Source: Escherichia phage vB_Eco_mar004NP2
Length of the DNA: 64,000 nt
Sequence record: NC_048205.1
Direction: 5' to 3' (one strand)
The notes below the pieces were generated by a model. That model made no database searches. It was not told the origin of the DNA and worked only from the letters and a program-made list of their open reading frames with translations. Shown here piece by piece: positions 29,252 through 36,597 of this stretch (positions are counted from its first letter, which is position 1; every line of letters begins with the position of its first letter). The translations under genes and the position numbers were made by a program.

Positions 29252-29313
29252 ATGGCTTAGGCGAAGGATTGCAAATCCTTTTTATGTGAGTTCAAATCTC
29301 ATGCGGTCGTCCA
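29238..29313 (+). tRNA. tRNA-Cys (anticodon GCA)
   Basis: AC stem AAGGA/TCCTT loop TTGCAAA; T-loop TTCAAAT; CCA; overlaps 3' end of upstream ORF. Confidence 0.7.
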
Positions 29314-29334
29314 AATTACTAAAGGAAAGAAGTA

Positions 29335-29853
29335 GTGCATACAAAAGTTTTTGATAGTTTGGTAAAGAAAGGCGTTGTTACTAACGAGCCCTTCTATATA
29401 ACCGCAGAACTAATCCAGAGATTTATGGAAGAATATATAAATCTTTCAGGAACCAATGGTAATACCAAAAAGAATACAAATACTATGTATTCGAGAAAAC
29501 TTGCTGCACTTTCCTTTATAAAGTTTAAGCAGGAAAATAAACTTCCTATTTCTGAAGGTTTTGTATACTGTATTAGTAATCCTGCATGGAAAAATCAGTA
29601 TAAAATAGGTATGAGTCAAAATCCAAAAGAGAGATTAGCTCAATATCAGACTTATTCCCCTTATAGGGATTATAAGTTAGAGCATTGGTCTTTTTGGTTT
29701 GACAAACGAAAAGGTGAAAAACTAATTCACCAGTATTTCAAAGATTTAAAAGAACATGAGTGGTTTAGTATAAATTCTAGGGATCTTAGTAAATATCTAG
29801 AACGTATTAACTCTAGTTCTGACTTATATGGTTCCTTAGCTCTAATTGGTTAG
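29335..29853 (+). CDS. T5orf172-domain protein
   Basis: 172 aa; GFVYCISNPAWKNQYKIGMSQNPKERL matches the T5orf172 family signature as recalled; GTG start after AAAGGAAAG; 3' end overlaps next tRNA. Confidence 0.6.
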   Translation: MHTKVFDSLVKKGVVTNEPFYITAELIQRFMEEYINLSGTNGNTKKNTNTMYSRKLAALSFIKFKQENKLPISEGFVYCISNPAWKNQYKIGMSQNPKERLAQYQTYSPYRDYKLEHWSFWFDKRKGEKLIHQYFKDLKEHEWFSINSRDLSKYLERINSSSDLYGSLALIG

Positions 29854-29908
29854 AGCGGCATCTTGTTAAGTTGAGGGTTGCTGGATTCGAATCCAGCAGG
29901 AACCGCCA
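29830..29908 (+). tRNA. tRNA-Asn (anticodon GTT), tentative
   Basis: Acceptor GGTTCCT/AGGAACC, D-arm GCTC/GAGC; weak AC stem; T-loop one nt longer than canonical. Confidence 0.45.
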
Positions 29909-30010
29909 AATTCTGTGTAGAGTTAAGTAAACCGGTAGCCAACCAGCTATCATTGCTGACATCGAATTCAGCCATAGATACCATTTTCGTTAATAACTGA
30001 GGAAACAAGC

Positions 30011-30196
30011 ATGTCCAAGAATGTAATTGCGCAGCTAGAAGTTCATCGTGATAGCACTATCAACAATATTGAAGTTGAGAAGAAATACATAGAAGAACTT
30101 AAACATGATATACTGGTAAGTCTCAACCGTCTTAATGTACGAAAAGAGTTTCTTAAAGAACTTAATGCAGCTATTGAAAAACTCAAAGCTGAGTAA
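30011..30196 (+). CDS. hypothetical protein
   Basis: ORF with GAGGAAA RBS. Confidence 0.5.
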   Translation: MSKNVIAQLEVHRDSTINNIEVEKKYIEELKHDILVSLNRLNVRKEFLKELNAAIEKLKAE

Positions 30197-30205
30197 ATGA
30201 ATTAT

Positions 30206-30282
30206 GCGACCGGGGCTGGCTTGGTAATGGTACTCCCCTGTCACGGGAGAGAATGTGGGTTCAAATCCCATCGGTCGCGCCA
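30206..30282 (+). tRNA. tRNA-Asp (anticodon GTC)
   Basis: Acceptor GCGACCG/CGGTCGC, AC stem CTCCC/GGGAG loop CTGTCAC, T-loop TTCAAAT. Confidence 0.75.
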
Positions 30283-30299
30283 AATAAGGTAGGTTAGCT

Positions 30300-30458
30300 A
30301 TGGAACGTAGGGAGTTTACTCCAGAAGAGATAGAGCAGATAAAAGAATCTGCTATGAAAAATGCTAGAATATCTCTGTCACTGGAAGGTATCATTATTAG
30401 TGATGTAAACTTTGAAAAAATCAAAGCCATAGCTGATGAACTGGAAAAAGTAATTTAA
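30300..30458 (+). CDS. small hypothetical protein (52 aa)
   Basis: Unlisted ORF MERREFTPEEIEQIK... with AAGGTAGG RBS between two tRNAs. Confidence 0.4.
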   Translation: MERREFTPEEIEQIKESAMKNARISLSLEGIIISDVNFEKIKAIADELEKVI

Positions 30459-30459
30459 T

Positions 30460-30535
30460 ACATCCATAGCTCAATGGTTAGAGCTACCGCCTCTTAAGCG
30501 GAGGGTTCTAGGTTCAAGTCCTAGTGGGTGTACCA
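30460..30535 (+). tRNA. tRNA-Lys (anticodon CTT)
   Basis: D-arm GCTC/GAGC, AC loop CTCTTAA, T-arm CTAGG/CCTAG. Confidence 0.6.
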
Positions 30536-30561
30536 AATTAAACTAGCACGAGAAATATGCT

Positions 30562-30909
30562 ATGATTAATGCTAAAGAAGAATTGTTACTTGCCCTAAAG
30601 AATACTAATTCTGAAGTTAAGTGTATTAAGATAGAATTCGGTTATTATGGGGATAAAGAAGTTTGGGTATTACCCGTAGGTTATACAGAAAAAGATATTG
30701 AAGATTTTCTAGATAATCTAGACTTTAAATATGATTCTGGTTTCGGCGGACAATTGCTTTATGGTAACGTATGGTTTACCGATGGAACTTGGTTAGAACG
30801 TGGTGAATATGATGGTTCTGAATGGTGGGAATATAAGACTACACCAGCAATCCCAGAAGAATGCCGAACAATTAATGGTGAAGTAGATCGTACTTTACTA
30901 TTAAATTAA
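30562..30909 (+). CDS. hypothetical protein
   Basis: 115-aa ORF, weak RBS. Confidence 0.5.
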   Translation: MINAKEELLLALKNTNSEVKCIKIEFGYYGDKEVWVLPVGYTEKDIEDFLDNLDFKYDSGFGGQLLYGNVWFTDGTWLERGEYDGSEWWEYKTTPAIPEECRTINGEVDRTLLLN

Positions 30910-31031
30910 CAAAATTTCAGTGCAGAACACGGAGCTAGCAATTCGGAAGTGCTGACTCATGATAAGCTGCCTATGTACTTGCGAAGCGGTCGTGTCCAAG
31001 ACTCGGACTCTTGCACTGAAAACAATCAAAC

Positions 31032-31152
31032 ATTCTAGCGTGGTTGATGGGGAAACCAGCTTGGCGAGGGCAGAAGCTCGTTCGATTCGAGTGAAAGAAT
31101 GGTTCTCGTAAGTCCGCACAAGTGATAACAGGTTCGAGTCCTGTCTAGAATG
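31032..31152 (+). ncRNA. 121-nt tRNA-like structured RNA (extra arms between acceptor and T-arm)
   Basis: Perfect 7-bp acceptor ATTCTAG/CTAGAAT, D-like hairpin TGGTT/AACCA, perfect T-arm ACAGG-TTCGAGT-CCTGT, internal extra hairpins. Confidence 0.3.
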
Positions 31153-31301
31153 ACACTATAAAGTTTACTTATTATGTAGGTTCCGATAGACCGGCGGGTC
31201 TATTCTAGCATTTAAGAGAGGTCTCGCAAACTTCTTTGTCAGCCGTGGGGTTGGTAGCCTCCAGGTGGCCTACACAATAAGTAAATTTATTAAAAATTCA
31301 T

Positions 31302-31330
31302 TTGCTATTCTGCTTTATTATCTGTATAAT
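31302..31330 (+). promoter_or_regulatory. T5-type early promoter
   Basis: -35 TTGCTA / 17 bp / -10 TATAAT. Confidence 0.6.
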
Positions 31331-31362
31331 ATATTTTATAAAGTGAAGAGAAGGAAAGCAAA

Positions 31363-31521
31363 ATGAAACACAAGATAGCTCAAGTTTTTATGGCATTATG
31401 GTGTATACCAATAGCTATAACAGCATTTAATCTAGATACTTTTACTATAGAAGAAAAATGTATCGGATTAGTTAGCGGTTTTAGTATGCTGGGCTTATCT
31501 TTGCTGTGGTTAAAGAAATAA
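31363..31521 (+). CDS. small hydrophobic protein (52 aa)
   Basis: Unlisted ORF MKHKIAQVFMALWCIPIAI... with strong RBS after promoter. Confidence 0.45.
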   Translation: MKHKIAQVFMALWCIPIAITAFNLDTFTIEEKCIGLVSGFSMLGLSLLWLKK

Positions 31522-31525
31522 TATT

Positions 31526-31603
31526 CTCCGTGTAGCTCAGTTTGGCCAGAGCGTTTCGTTTGGGGCGATAGGGTCGGGGGTTCAAATCCTCCCACGGAGA
31601 CCA
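31526..31603 (+). tRNA. tRNA-Pro (anticodon TGG)
   Basis: Acceptor CTCCGTG/CACGGAG, AC loop TTTGGGG, T-loop TTCAAAT. Confidence 0.7.
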
Positions 31604-31609
31604 AACAAT

Positions 31610-31687
31610 TGCGGGTTAGATCTCTGGTAGAGATCGCTAGTCTCATAAGCTAGAAAGAGGTAGGTTCGATTCCTGCACCCGCTTCCA
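31610..31687 (+). tRNA. tRNA with CAT anticodon (Met, fMet or Ile2)
   Basis: D-arm GATC/GATC, AC stem CTAGT/GCTAG loop CTCATAA; U1-U72 mismatch. Confidence 0.6.
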
Positions 31688-31707
31688 CTTTAATAGAGGA
31701 TTTCGAA

Positions 31708-31875
31708 ATGAAAGTATTTCGATTAGTAGTAAGTGACAAACGTTTAGGTAAGAATACCTCAAAATCCTTACTTGCTCATTATGGAAAAGATGATAAAGAA
31801 GTAATGGCGGAGTTTGGGATTAATCACCCTTACTTGAAAGTTCACTCTATTAAAGAAGTATATAATGGTTACTAA
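31708..31875 (+). CDS. small hypothetical protein (55 aa)
   Basis: Unlisted ORF with AGAGGA RBS between tRNAs. Confidence 0.4.
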   Translation: MKVFRLVVSDKRLGKNTSKSLLAHYGKDDKEVMAEFGINHPYLKVHSIKEVYNGY

Positions 31876-31876
31876 T

Positions 31877-31955
31877 AGATCGCTAGCTCAATAGGTTTAG
31901 TAGCATCCGACTTTTAATCGGAAGGTTCTGGGTTCGAGTCCCAGGCGATCTACCA
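31877..31955 (+). tRNA. tRNA-Lys (anticodon TTT)
   Basis: Acceptor AGATCGC/GCGATCT, AC stem TCCGA/TCGGA loop CTTTTAA, T-arm CTGGG/CCCAG. Confidence 0.75.
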
Positions 31956-31973
31956 ATTTCAAGAAAAACGCAG

Positions 31974-32002
31974 TTGCTTGATACTTAATTTCTTGTTATA
32001 AT
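31974..32002 (+). promoter_or_regulatory. T5-type early promoter followed by hairpin and untranslated segment
   Basis: -35 TTGCTT / 17 bp / -10 TATAAT. Confidence 0.6.
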
Positions 32003-32240
32003 ATTTATATAAATTGATGAGGATTTCTCCTCATCATAGTTCACTAAGGTATTAGCTCGACCTAGGACTGGCTGCCAAAAAGCACGATCCCTACGATTCG
32101 GGAGGAGTTCTAGATTAGTCCACTAGATTCAGCGGCAACTGAATAGTGTATTGGGTTTGCGAGATGACGCGGTTCCTTCCGCTCGAAGCGAAGGTGCTGT
32201 AGTTACGCCGAGCTAATAGCCTTAGTAAACTAAAGAATTT

Positions 32241-32319
32241 GGGGGATGGGTCTGCTAGGGGTGGACACCTCGCTTGCACCGAGGACATCAGAACGATTCG
32301 AATTCGTTATCCTCCACCA
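32241..32319 (+). tRNA. tRNA-Ala (anticodon TGC)
   Basis: AC stem CCTCG/CGAGG loop CTTGCAC; G3-U70 pair present; 7-nt variable loop. Confidence 0.6.
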
Positions 32320-32324
32320 AATAC

Positions 32325-32401
32325 GCGTGATTGATGGAATTGGCATACATACCGTCCTTAGAAGTCGGGTTTTGAGGGTTCGAATCCCTTGTCACGCACC
32401 A
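32325..32401 (+). tRNA. tRNA-Leu-like, anticodon TAG, type-I length
   Basis: AC loop CTTAGAA; Leu-type D-arm ATG/CAT with GAATTGGCATA loop; short variable loop; A73. Confidence 0.5.
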
Positions 32402-32526
32402 AATTTGATGGTCAGAGTAAATTAAACCTACTATCTCGGTTGAGCTGTTTTAATGGGTTCGAATCCCAGCGAGGCGTAACTGCCTGGTGTGATAGAGGCA
32501 TCATTCCACTAACATTGGAAAAACTA

Positions 32527-32757
32527 ATGAAACGAAAATTAAAAAAGTCTTATATAATTAAGATAAATAAGCTACGAAGTAGGGCAAAAGGATGGCCACT
32601 TCGAATATTAATTGCGGATAACCATACTAGATACCATGCGGAACAACGTCATTACAAACAGTGGGAGTCATACTGCCGCTCAAAAGCAGGTCGTTTAGAT
32701 GGATCTTATGAGTTTCTATTTGGTAAGAAGCCTACTAGAGTAGCTTTAGGTAATTAA
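32527..32757 (+). CDS. hypothetical basic protein
   Basis: In-frame ATG within track ORF 32389-32757, downstream of tRNA-like fragment. Confidence 0.45.
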   Translation: MKRKLKKSYIIKINKLRSRAKGWPLRILIADNHTRYHAEQRHYKQWESYCRSKAGRLDGSYEFLFGKKPTRVALGN

Positions 32758-32762
32758 TACTT

Positions 32763-32853
32763 GGAAGAGCAAATCGAATTGGCGACGAAAACCGCTTGGA
32801 AAGTGGCTGACTGGTAAAACGGCTTGAGAGTTCAAATCTCTCCTCTTCCGCCA
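32763..32853 (+). tRNA. tRNA-Ser (anticodon GGA), type II
   Basis: Acceptor GGAAGAG/CTCTTCC, AC loop TTGGAAA, long variable arm, T-arm GAGAG/CTCTC. Confidence 0.65.
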
Positions 32854-32865
32854 AACAATTTATAT

Positions 32866-32960
32866 GGTAGGTCAATCCAACGGCTGGCGCTGGACTCCGA
32901 CTTGAAATCGGTTGATCGTAGTGATACGGTGTAAGGGTTCGATCCCCTTACCTACCTCCA
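32866..32960 (+). tRNA. tRNA-Ser (anticodon TGA), type II
   Basis: Perfect acceptor GGTAGGT/ACCTACC, AC loop CTTGAAA, long variable arm. Confidence 0.65.
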
Positions 32961-32965
32961 AATCT

Positions 32966-33096
32966 TGGAATATGCCGGAATTGGTAGACGGGACTGCCGA
33001 ATAGGTTTACTAGGAACATCCACTCCTAGAAATATACCTTAAAAGCGGTTGAGTTAAATGGTCTAACTCATGAAGGTTCAAGCCCTTCTATTCCTT
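32966..33096 (+). pseudogene. tRNA-Leu-like gene (type II) interrupted by about 40 nt in the anticodon loop
   Basis: Acceptor GGAATA/TATTCC, Leu D-arm GCCGGAATTGGTAGACGGG, AC stem ACTGC/GCGGT enclosing 47 nt ending CTTAAAA, hairpin variable arm, T-arm GAAGG-TTCAAGC-CCTTC; no CCA, U73. Confidence 0.3.
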
Positions 33097-33210
33097 GATA
33101 CATCAATGGCTCAAAGTGTAACGGTGCTATTTGATGCTCTTGGAAAGACTTTCCCGACATGCGTTCGGGGGTAAGCTTCTGAGGCTAGAATAGAAGAGTT
33201 TCTGAGAGCC

Positions 33211-33330
33211 GCCACAATTGAAAATTCGTACTCGTCTTGAGCTGCGTGCAATAGGAGATAACTTGATTAGTATTCTAGAACATGCTAATTGAGGATGGTT
33301 TCGCTAACCCTGCGAGTTTTCAATTGTGGC
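33211..33330 (+). other. 18-bp inverted repeat whose 3' arm overlaps the tRNA-His 5' end
   Basis: GCCACAATTGAAAATTCG (33211-33228) vs CGAGTTTTCAATTGTGGC (33313-33330), 17/18 complementary. Confidence 0.55.
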
Positions 33331-33403
33331 TATATCATAATTGGTTAATGATCCTGATTGTGAATCAGGCCTATGTGGATTCGAATTCCACTAGCCACCC
33401 CCA
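33326..33403 (+). tRNA. tRNA-His (anticodon GTG)
   Basis: Acceptor GTGGCTA/TAGCCAC, D-arm TCAT/ATGA, AC stem CCTGA/TCAGG loop TTGTGAA; C-rich 3' tail. Confidence 0.7.
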
Positions 33404-33428
33404 AATTAACTTAAATAGGAAATAAAAT

Positions 33429-33623
33429 ATGGCTGATTTCTGCAAACAATGCTCCATTGATATGTGGGGCAGAGATACTGGTGATCTTTCTGGGCTGATT
33501 ACAGAAGCCGAAGTCAAAGAAGGTTATGGTGCAGTTGTGGTTTGTGAAGGATGCGGAGTCATTCGAGTAGATCATGAGGGTAAGCGCCTTGAAGAACCTG
33601 AGCCAGTTACCCTATTTCCCTAA
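33429..33623 (+). CDS. hypothetical zinc-ribbon-like protein
   Basis: CxxC...CxxC pairs; RBS AGGAAA. Confidence 0.5.
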   Translation: MADFCKQCSIDMWGRDTGDLSGLITEAEVKEGYGAVVVCEGCGVIRVDHEGKRLEEPEPVTLFP

Positions 33624-33636
33624 AGTAAAGAATTAT

Positions 33637-33712
33637 TGGGATGTAGATCAATTGGCAGATCGTCGGCCTCTGACTCCGAAGGTTCCACGTTCGATCCGTG
33701 GCATCCCAGCCA
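33637..33712 (+). tRNA. tRNA-Gln (anticodon CTG)
   Basis: Acceptor TGGGATG/CATCCCA, D-arm GATC/GATC, AC loop CTCTGAC, T-arm CCACG/CGTGG. Confidence 0.65.
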
Positions 33713-33718
33713 AATACT

Positions 33719-33794
33719 TGGAGAGTAGTGTAACGGTTAGCACAACGGCCTTTGACTCCGTTAATGGTAGGTTCGATTCCTCCTTCTCCAGCCA
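33719..33794 (+). tRNA. tRNA-Gln (anticodon TTG)
   Basis: Acceptor TGGAGAG/TTCTCCA, AC loop CTTTGAC, T-loop TTCGATT. Confidence 0.7.
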
Positions 33795-33801
33795 AATTAA
33801 T

Positions 33802-33876
33802 GCGTGATTAGTTCAGTGGCTAGAATAACTGGCTTCCAACCAGTAGACACGAGTTCGACTCTCGTATCCCGCACCA
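33802..33876 (+). tRNA. tRNA-Gly (anticodon TCC)
   Basis: AC stem ACTGG/CCAGT loop CTTCCAA, T-arm ACGAG/CTCGT. Confidence 0.7.
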
Positions 33877-33890
33877 AATAAGGAAACACT

Positions 33891-34142
33891 ATGCACGTTT
33901 TTGAGTTTCGTAATAAAAGTACTGATAAGCGAGTTATCATTATTGGAGAAACATATCGAGCATATGAACAAACTGATGGCTCTGTTATCTTGAATGATGA
34001 GAAAGGAGGTTTTAGCTTTTATCCAGAAGAACCTTATGAAGAGTTTCGAAAACAATTTAACCTAGACTGGAGAAAGCATTTAAACACTGTTGCTTCATCT
34101 GTAGTATTGCCAACTACCAGTACTGTACTCTCTAATGGCTGA
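33891..34142 (+). CDS. hypothetical protein
   Basis: ORF with AAGGAAA RBS. Confidence 0.55.
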   Translation: MHVFEFRNKSTDKRVIIIGETYRAYEQTDGSVILNDEKGGFSFYPEEPYEEFRKQFNLDWRKHLNTVASSVVLPTTSTVLSNG

Positions 34143-34309
34143 CAACCTAAAAGTAAAGATTGATAAACAAAAGAAACGTGTAGAAGTAGAGATTGGTGAA
34201 GAACGTGTTGGCTTTACTTTTGAATTTCTACAGCAAATGGCAATGGCAGTTATGACTGATAAGTCTCCTGTTATTGAAAAAGAAATCCCGTTGAAATAAC
34301 GGGATCATC

Positions 34310-34384
34310 GCTCCTAAAGCATTGCTGGCGATGCAGTTGCCTTGTAAGCATCTGAACCGGGTTCGATTCCTGGTGGGAGCACCA
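34310..34384 (+). tRNA. tRNA-Thr (anticodon TGT)
   Basis: D-arm GCAT/ATGC, AC loop CTTGTAA, T-loop TTCGATT. Confidence 0.7.
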
Positions 34385-34399
34385 AATTTAAAAATTCAT

Positions 34400-34428
34400 T
34401 TGCCTTCTCTCTTATTTATTGTTATAAT
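34400..34428 (+). promoter_or_regulatory. T5-type early promoter
   Basis: -35 TTGCCT / 17 bp / -10 TATAAT. Confidence 0.55.
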
Positions 34429-34458
34429 ATTTATATAAATTAATGAGAGGGAAACCAA

Positions 34459-34749
34459 ATGAAACGTTATCTTTCTATTGTATTCCAAACTGGTGGTCAA
34501 AGATATACCTATGAATTTCCATCTTCTTGGAAAATCAAAGAAGGTGATCAAGTAGTAGTGTTAACACCGCGTGAAGGGTATAAAGTAGTAATGGTTAAAC
34601 AAGTATTCCCAAAAGATCATGAACCAGCTAAAGGCATTCGCTATAAGATGATTCATGGTGTGGTCCGTCAAGTACCACGAACTGAGGTAGAAGTAGATAA
34701 GACTGGAGAAACTAAATTCCATTATACTTCTTACTTAGATAGTGTGTGA
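34459..34749 (+). CDS. hypothetical protein
   Basis: ORF with GAGAGGG RBS and promoter. Confidence 0.55.
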   Translation: MKRYLSIVFQTGGQRYTYEFPSSWKIKEGDQVVVLTPREGYKVVMVKQVFPKDHEPAKGIRYKMIHGVVRQVPRTEVEVDKTGETKFHYTSYLDSV

Positions 34750-34764
34750 TGTAAATATTCTAAT

Positions 34765-34841
34765 ACTTCGGTAGCTTAGCGATCTAAAGCACCCGGCTGA
34801 TAACCGAGAGATCGGGGGTTTAAATCCCTCCCGGAGTACCA
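34765..34841 (+). tRNA. tRNA-Ile (anticodon GAT)
   Basis: D-arm GCTT/AAGC, AC loop CTGATAA, T-loop TTTAAAT. Confidence 0.7.
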
Positions 34842-34937
34842 AATTTAGGAATTAAGACTATGCGTCCAGGAAAGTTTAAAAAAGCTAATTGGTCTAAAGA
34901 GTATAAAGAATACTTACTTAGTCTAGTAAAACATAAC

Positions 34938-35013
34938 AGTTAGTTGGCAGAGTGGTTATGCACCTCCTTCATACGGAGCGACTACAGTGGTTCAAATCCA
35001 CTACTAACTACCA
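34938..35013 (+). tRNA. tRNA with CAT anticodon (Met, fMet or Ile2)
   Basis: Perfect acceptor AGTTAGT/ACTAACT, AC loop TTCATAC, T-arm AGTGG/CCACT. Confidence 0.6.
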
Positions 35014-35050
35014 TTAAAATAGCTAGAGATAGCTAAATTTAGGAGCAGCT

Positions 35051-35245
35051 ATGTTAACAATTAAAATAATGTCAGCCAAGAATGGTGAACATATCCATAC
35101 AGGCAAAAGCGTAAGCTTTAATCCTAGAAATAAGAGATTGGCTATAGTTGGAGTAGATCAAGCCATCTTTTTAAAAGAAGATGAAGTAGCATACGTCATG
35201 AACCAAACTGGTAAGACAGTTTCCGTATACTATGGAAAAGTATAA
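35051..35245 (+). CDS. hypothetical protein
   Basis: ORF with AGGAG RBS. Confidence 0.5.
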   Translation: MLTIKIMSAKNGEHIHTGKSVSFNPRNKRLAIVGVDQAIFLKEDEVAYVMNQTGKTVSVYYGKV

Positions 35246-35287
35246 AGAATAAAGAGCTGAGCCAAATTCTAGCATCGTGGAGATCTA

Positions 35288-35656
35288 ATGAAAGCATATC
35301 AAAATCTTAAGTCTGGCGTAATTAATCTTGTTCATGATAATCAGATTATTCAACTGTACTCTAAAAATGGCGAACTTAAACAAAAAGTTCTGGTTGAGGA
35401 TCTAGAGGGTATTACACCCCATTTTGACCCCGAGTCCTTTCGTGAAGTCAAGGTGGAAGTCGCCCCTCAAATTGAAGGTGGTCAGCACCTAAATGTCAAT
35501 GTGTTAAGTCGTGATCAGCTTTTGGATGCACAGAAACATCCTGAAAAATACCCTCAATTAACTATCCGTGTTTCAGGGTACGCTGTGCGTTTTAACGCAC
35601 TGACGCGTGAACAGCAGAACGACGTTATTAGTCGTACATTTACTCAGGCGATGTAA
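35288..35656 (+). CDS. grcA: autonomous glycyl radical cofactor (GrcA/YfiD-like)
   Basis: [12 protein letters not shown]...[37 protein letters not shown] closely matches GrcA including RVSGY glycyl-radical motif. Confidence 0.85.
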   Translation: MKAYQNLKSGVINLVHDNQIIQLYSKNGELKQKVLVEDLEGITPHFDPESFREVKVEVAPQIEGGQHLNVNVLSRDQLLDAQKHPEKYPQLTIRVSGYAVRFNALTREQQNDVISRTFTQAM

Positions 35657-35737
35657 TGGGGCTTGGATACGGTTTCTACGAACTACGTAAGGTAGTCGAG
35701 CAAACTCCATTTATCTCCCAAGTTTTAGGAGAAATGT

Positions 35738-36052
35738 GTGGATCGAGCATTAAGACGTCATCACCGGCAACGTGTAAAGAACAACCGCAAGAAGTATTGG
35801 ACAGTCTTCCCACATGAAGAAAGCCCTAAACGGTTAGGTATTATCACTACTACTCCTTGTATCTGTTCTTGTTGGATGTGCGGGAATCCTCGCAAATACT
35901 TTAAGAATAGTAAAGCAGGGATGAAAACCTCGGAGATTAGGAAAATGGAAGCAATGATTACGGATATTTCAAATGATGAATTTGATGGCTTTGTAGGATT
36001 CGGAGAAGGAATTAGCTCAGGCTGTTTCGAAGATGTACGCCCCGATTTGTAA
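35738..36052 (+). CDS. hypothetical Cys-rich protein
   Basis: GTG start after GGAG; followed by intrinsic terminator. Confidence 0.5.
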   Translation: MDRALRRHHRQRVKNNRKKYWTVFPHEESPKRLGIITTTPCICSCWMCGNPRKYFKNSKAGMKTSEIRKMEAMITDISNDEFDGFVGFGEGISSGCFEDVRPDL

Positions 36053-36063
36053 TTAATAACAAA

Positions 36064-36096
36064 CCCCAGCTATTGAATAGGTAGTCTGGGGTTTTT
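36064..36096 (+). terminator. rho-independent terminator
   Basis: Hairpin CCCCAG...CTGGGG followed by TTTTT. Confidence 0.7.
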
Positions 36097-36173
36097 CTGT
36101 ATACAGGTAGATAATTTATGTATAATAAAATTCATCCACATTAGGTTAATTTAAAAAACTTAATGGAGGTAAT

Positions 36174-36521
36174 ATGAGCCGTACTTATCGTAAACAATCT
36201 GGTGATCAGTGGTGGAAGTCTAAAGAACAATTCTCTCAAGAATATTCTTTCATCAAAGAAAATGGCTACTGGATTCGTGTTATTTATGCCAAATCTTGGG
36301 ACGACATCAAAAAAGAAATGAAGGAAGCAACCATTCGTAATGAGAAAAAGGATGGTTATAACTGGAATTCTGTTAGTAAGAATGTTAAGTGGCATTCTAA
36401 TAAAATGGTTCGTCAAGGGAATCGTCAAGAACTCCACCGCGTGATGAAAGATCCAGAAAATTACGACTATAATCGCGATCATGACATGCGTAAGCGTGGA
36501 TTATGGTGGTGCTACGACTAA
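36174..36521 (+). CDS. hypothetical protein
   Basis: ORF with GGAGG RBS. Confidence 0.55.
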   Translation: MSRTYRKQSGDQWWKSKEQFSQEYSFIKENGYWIRVIYAKSWDDIKKEMKEATIRNEKKDGYNWNSVSKNVKWHSNKMVRQGNRQELHRVMKDPENYDYNRDHDMRKRGLWWCYD

Positions 36522-36538
36522 TTTCTGAAATAATTCAT

Positions 36539-36567
36539 TTGCTAAACCTCTCTTTTCTTGTTATAAT
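36539..36567 (+). promoter_or_regulatory. T5-type early promoter
   Basis: -35 TTGCTA / 17 bp / -10 TATAAT. Confidence 0.6.
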
Positions 36568-36597
36568 ATATTTATAAATTGATGGGAGAGGTTTGAA

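Noticed and set aside
30035-30430. 131-aa minus-strand ORF
   Set aside because: It spans tRNA-Asp and a plus-strand small ORF; opposite-strand frames across tRNA genes here (also 28301-28504, 31380-31646, 33607-33795, 33813-34055) are treated as spurious
32404-32480. T-arm-like motif TGGG-TTCGAAT-CCCA considered as a tRNA
   Set aside because: No complementary 5' acceptor strand or anticodon arm could be found; noted only as a possible tRNA remnant
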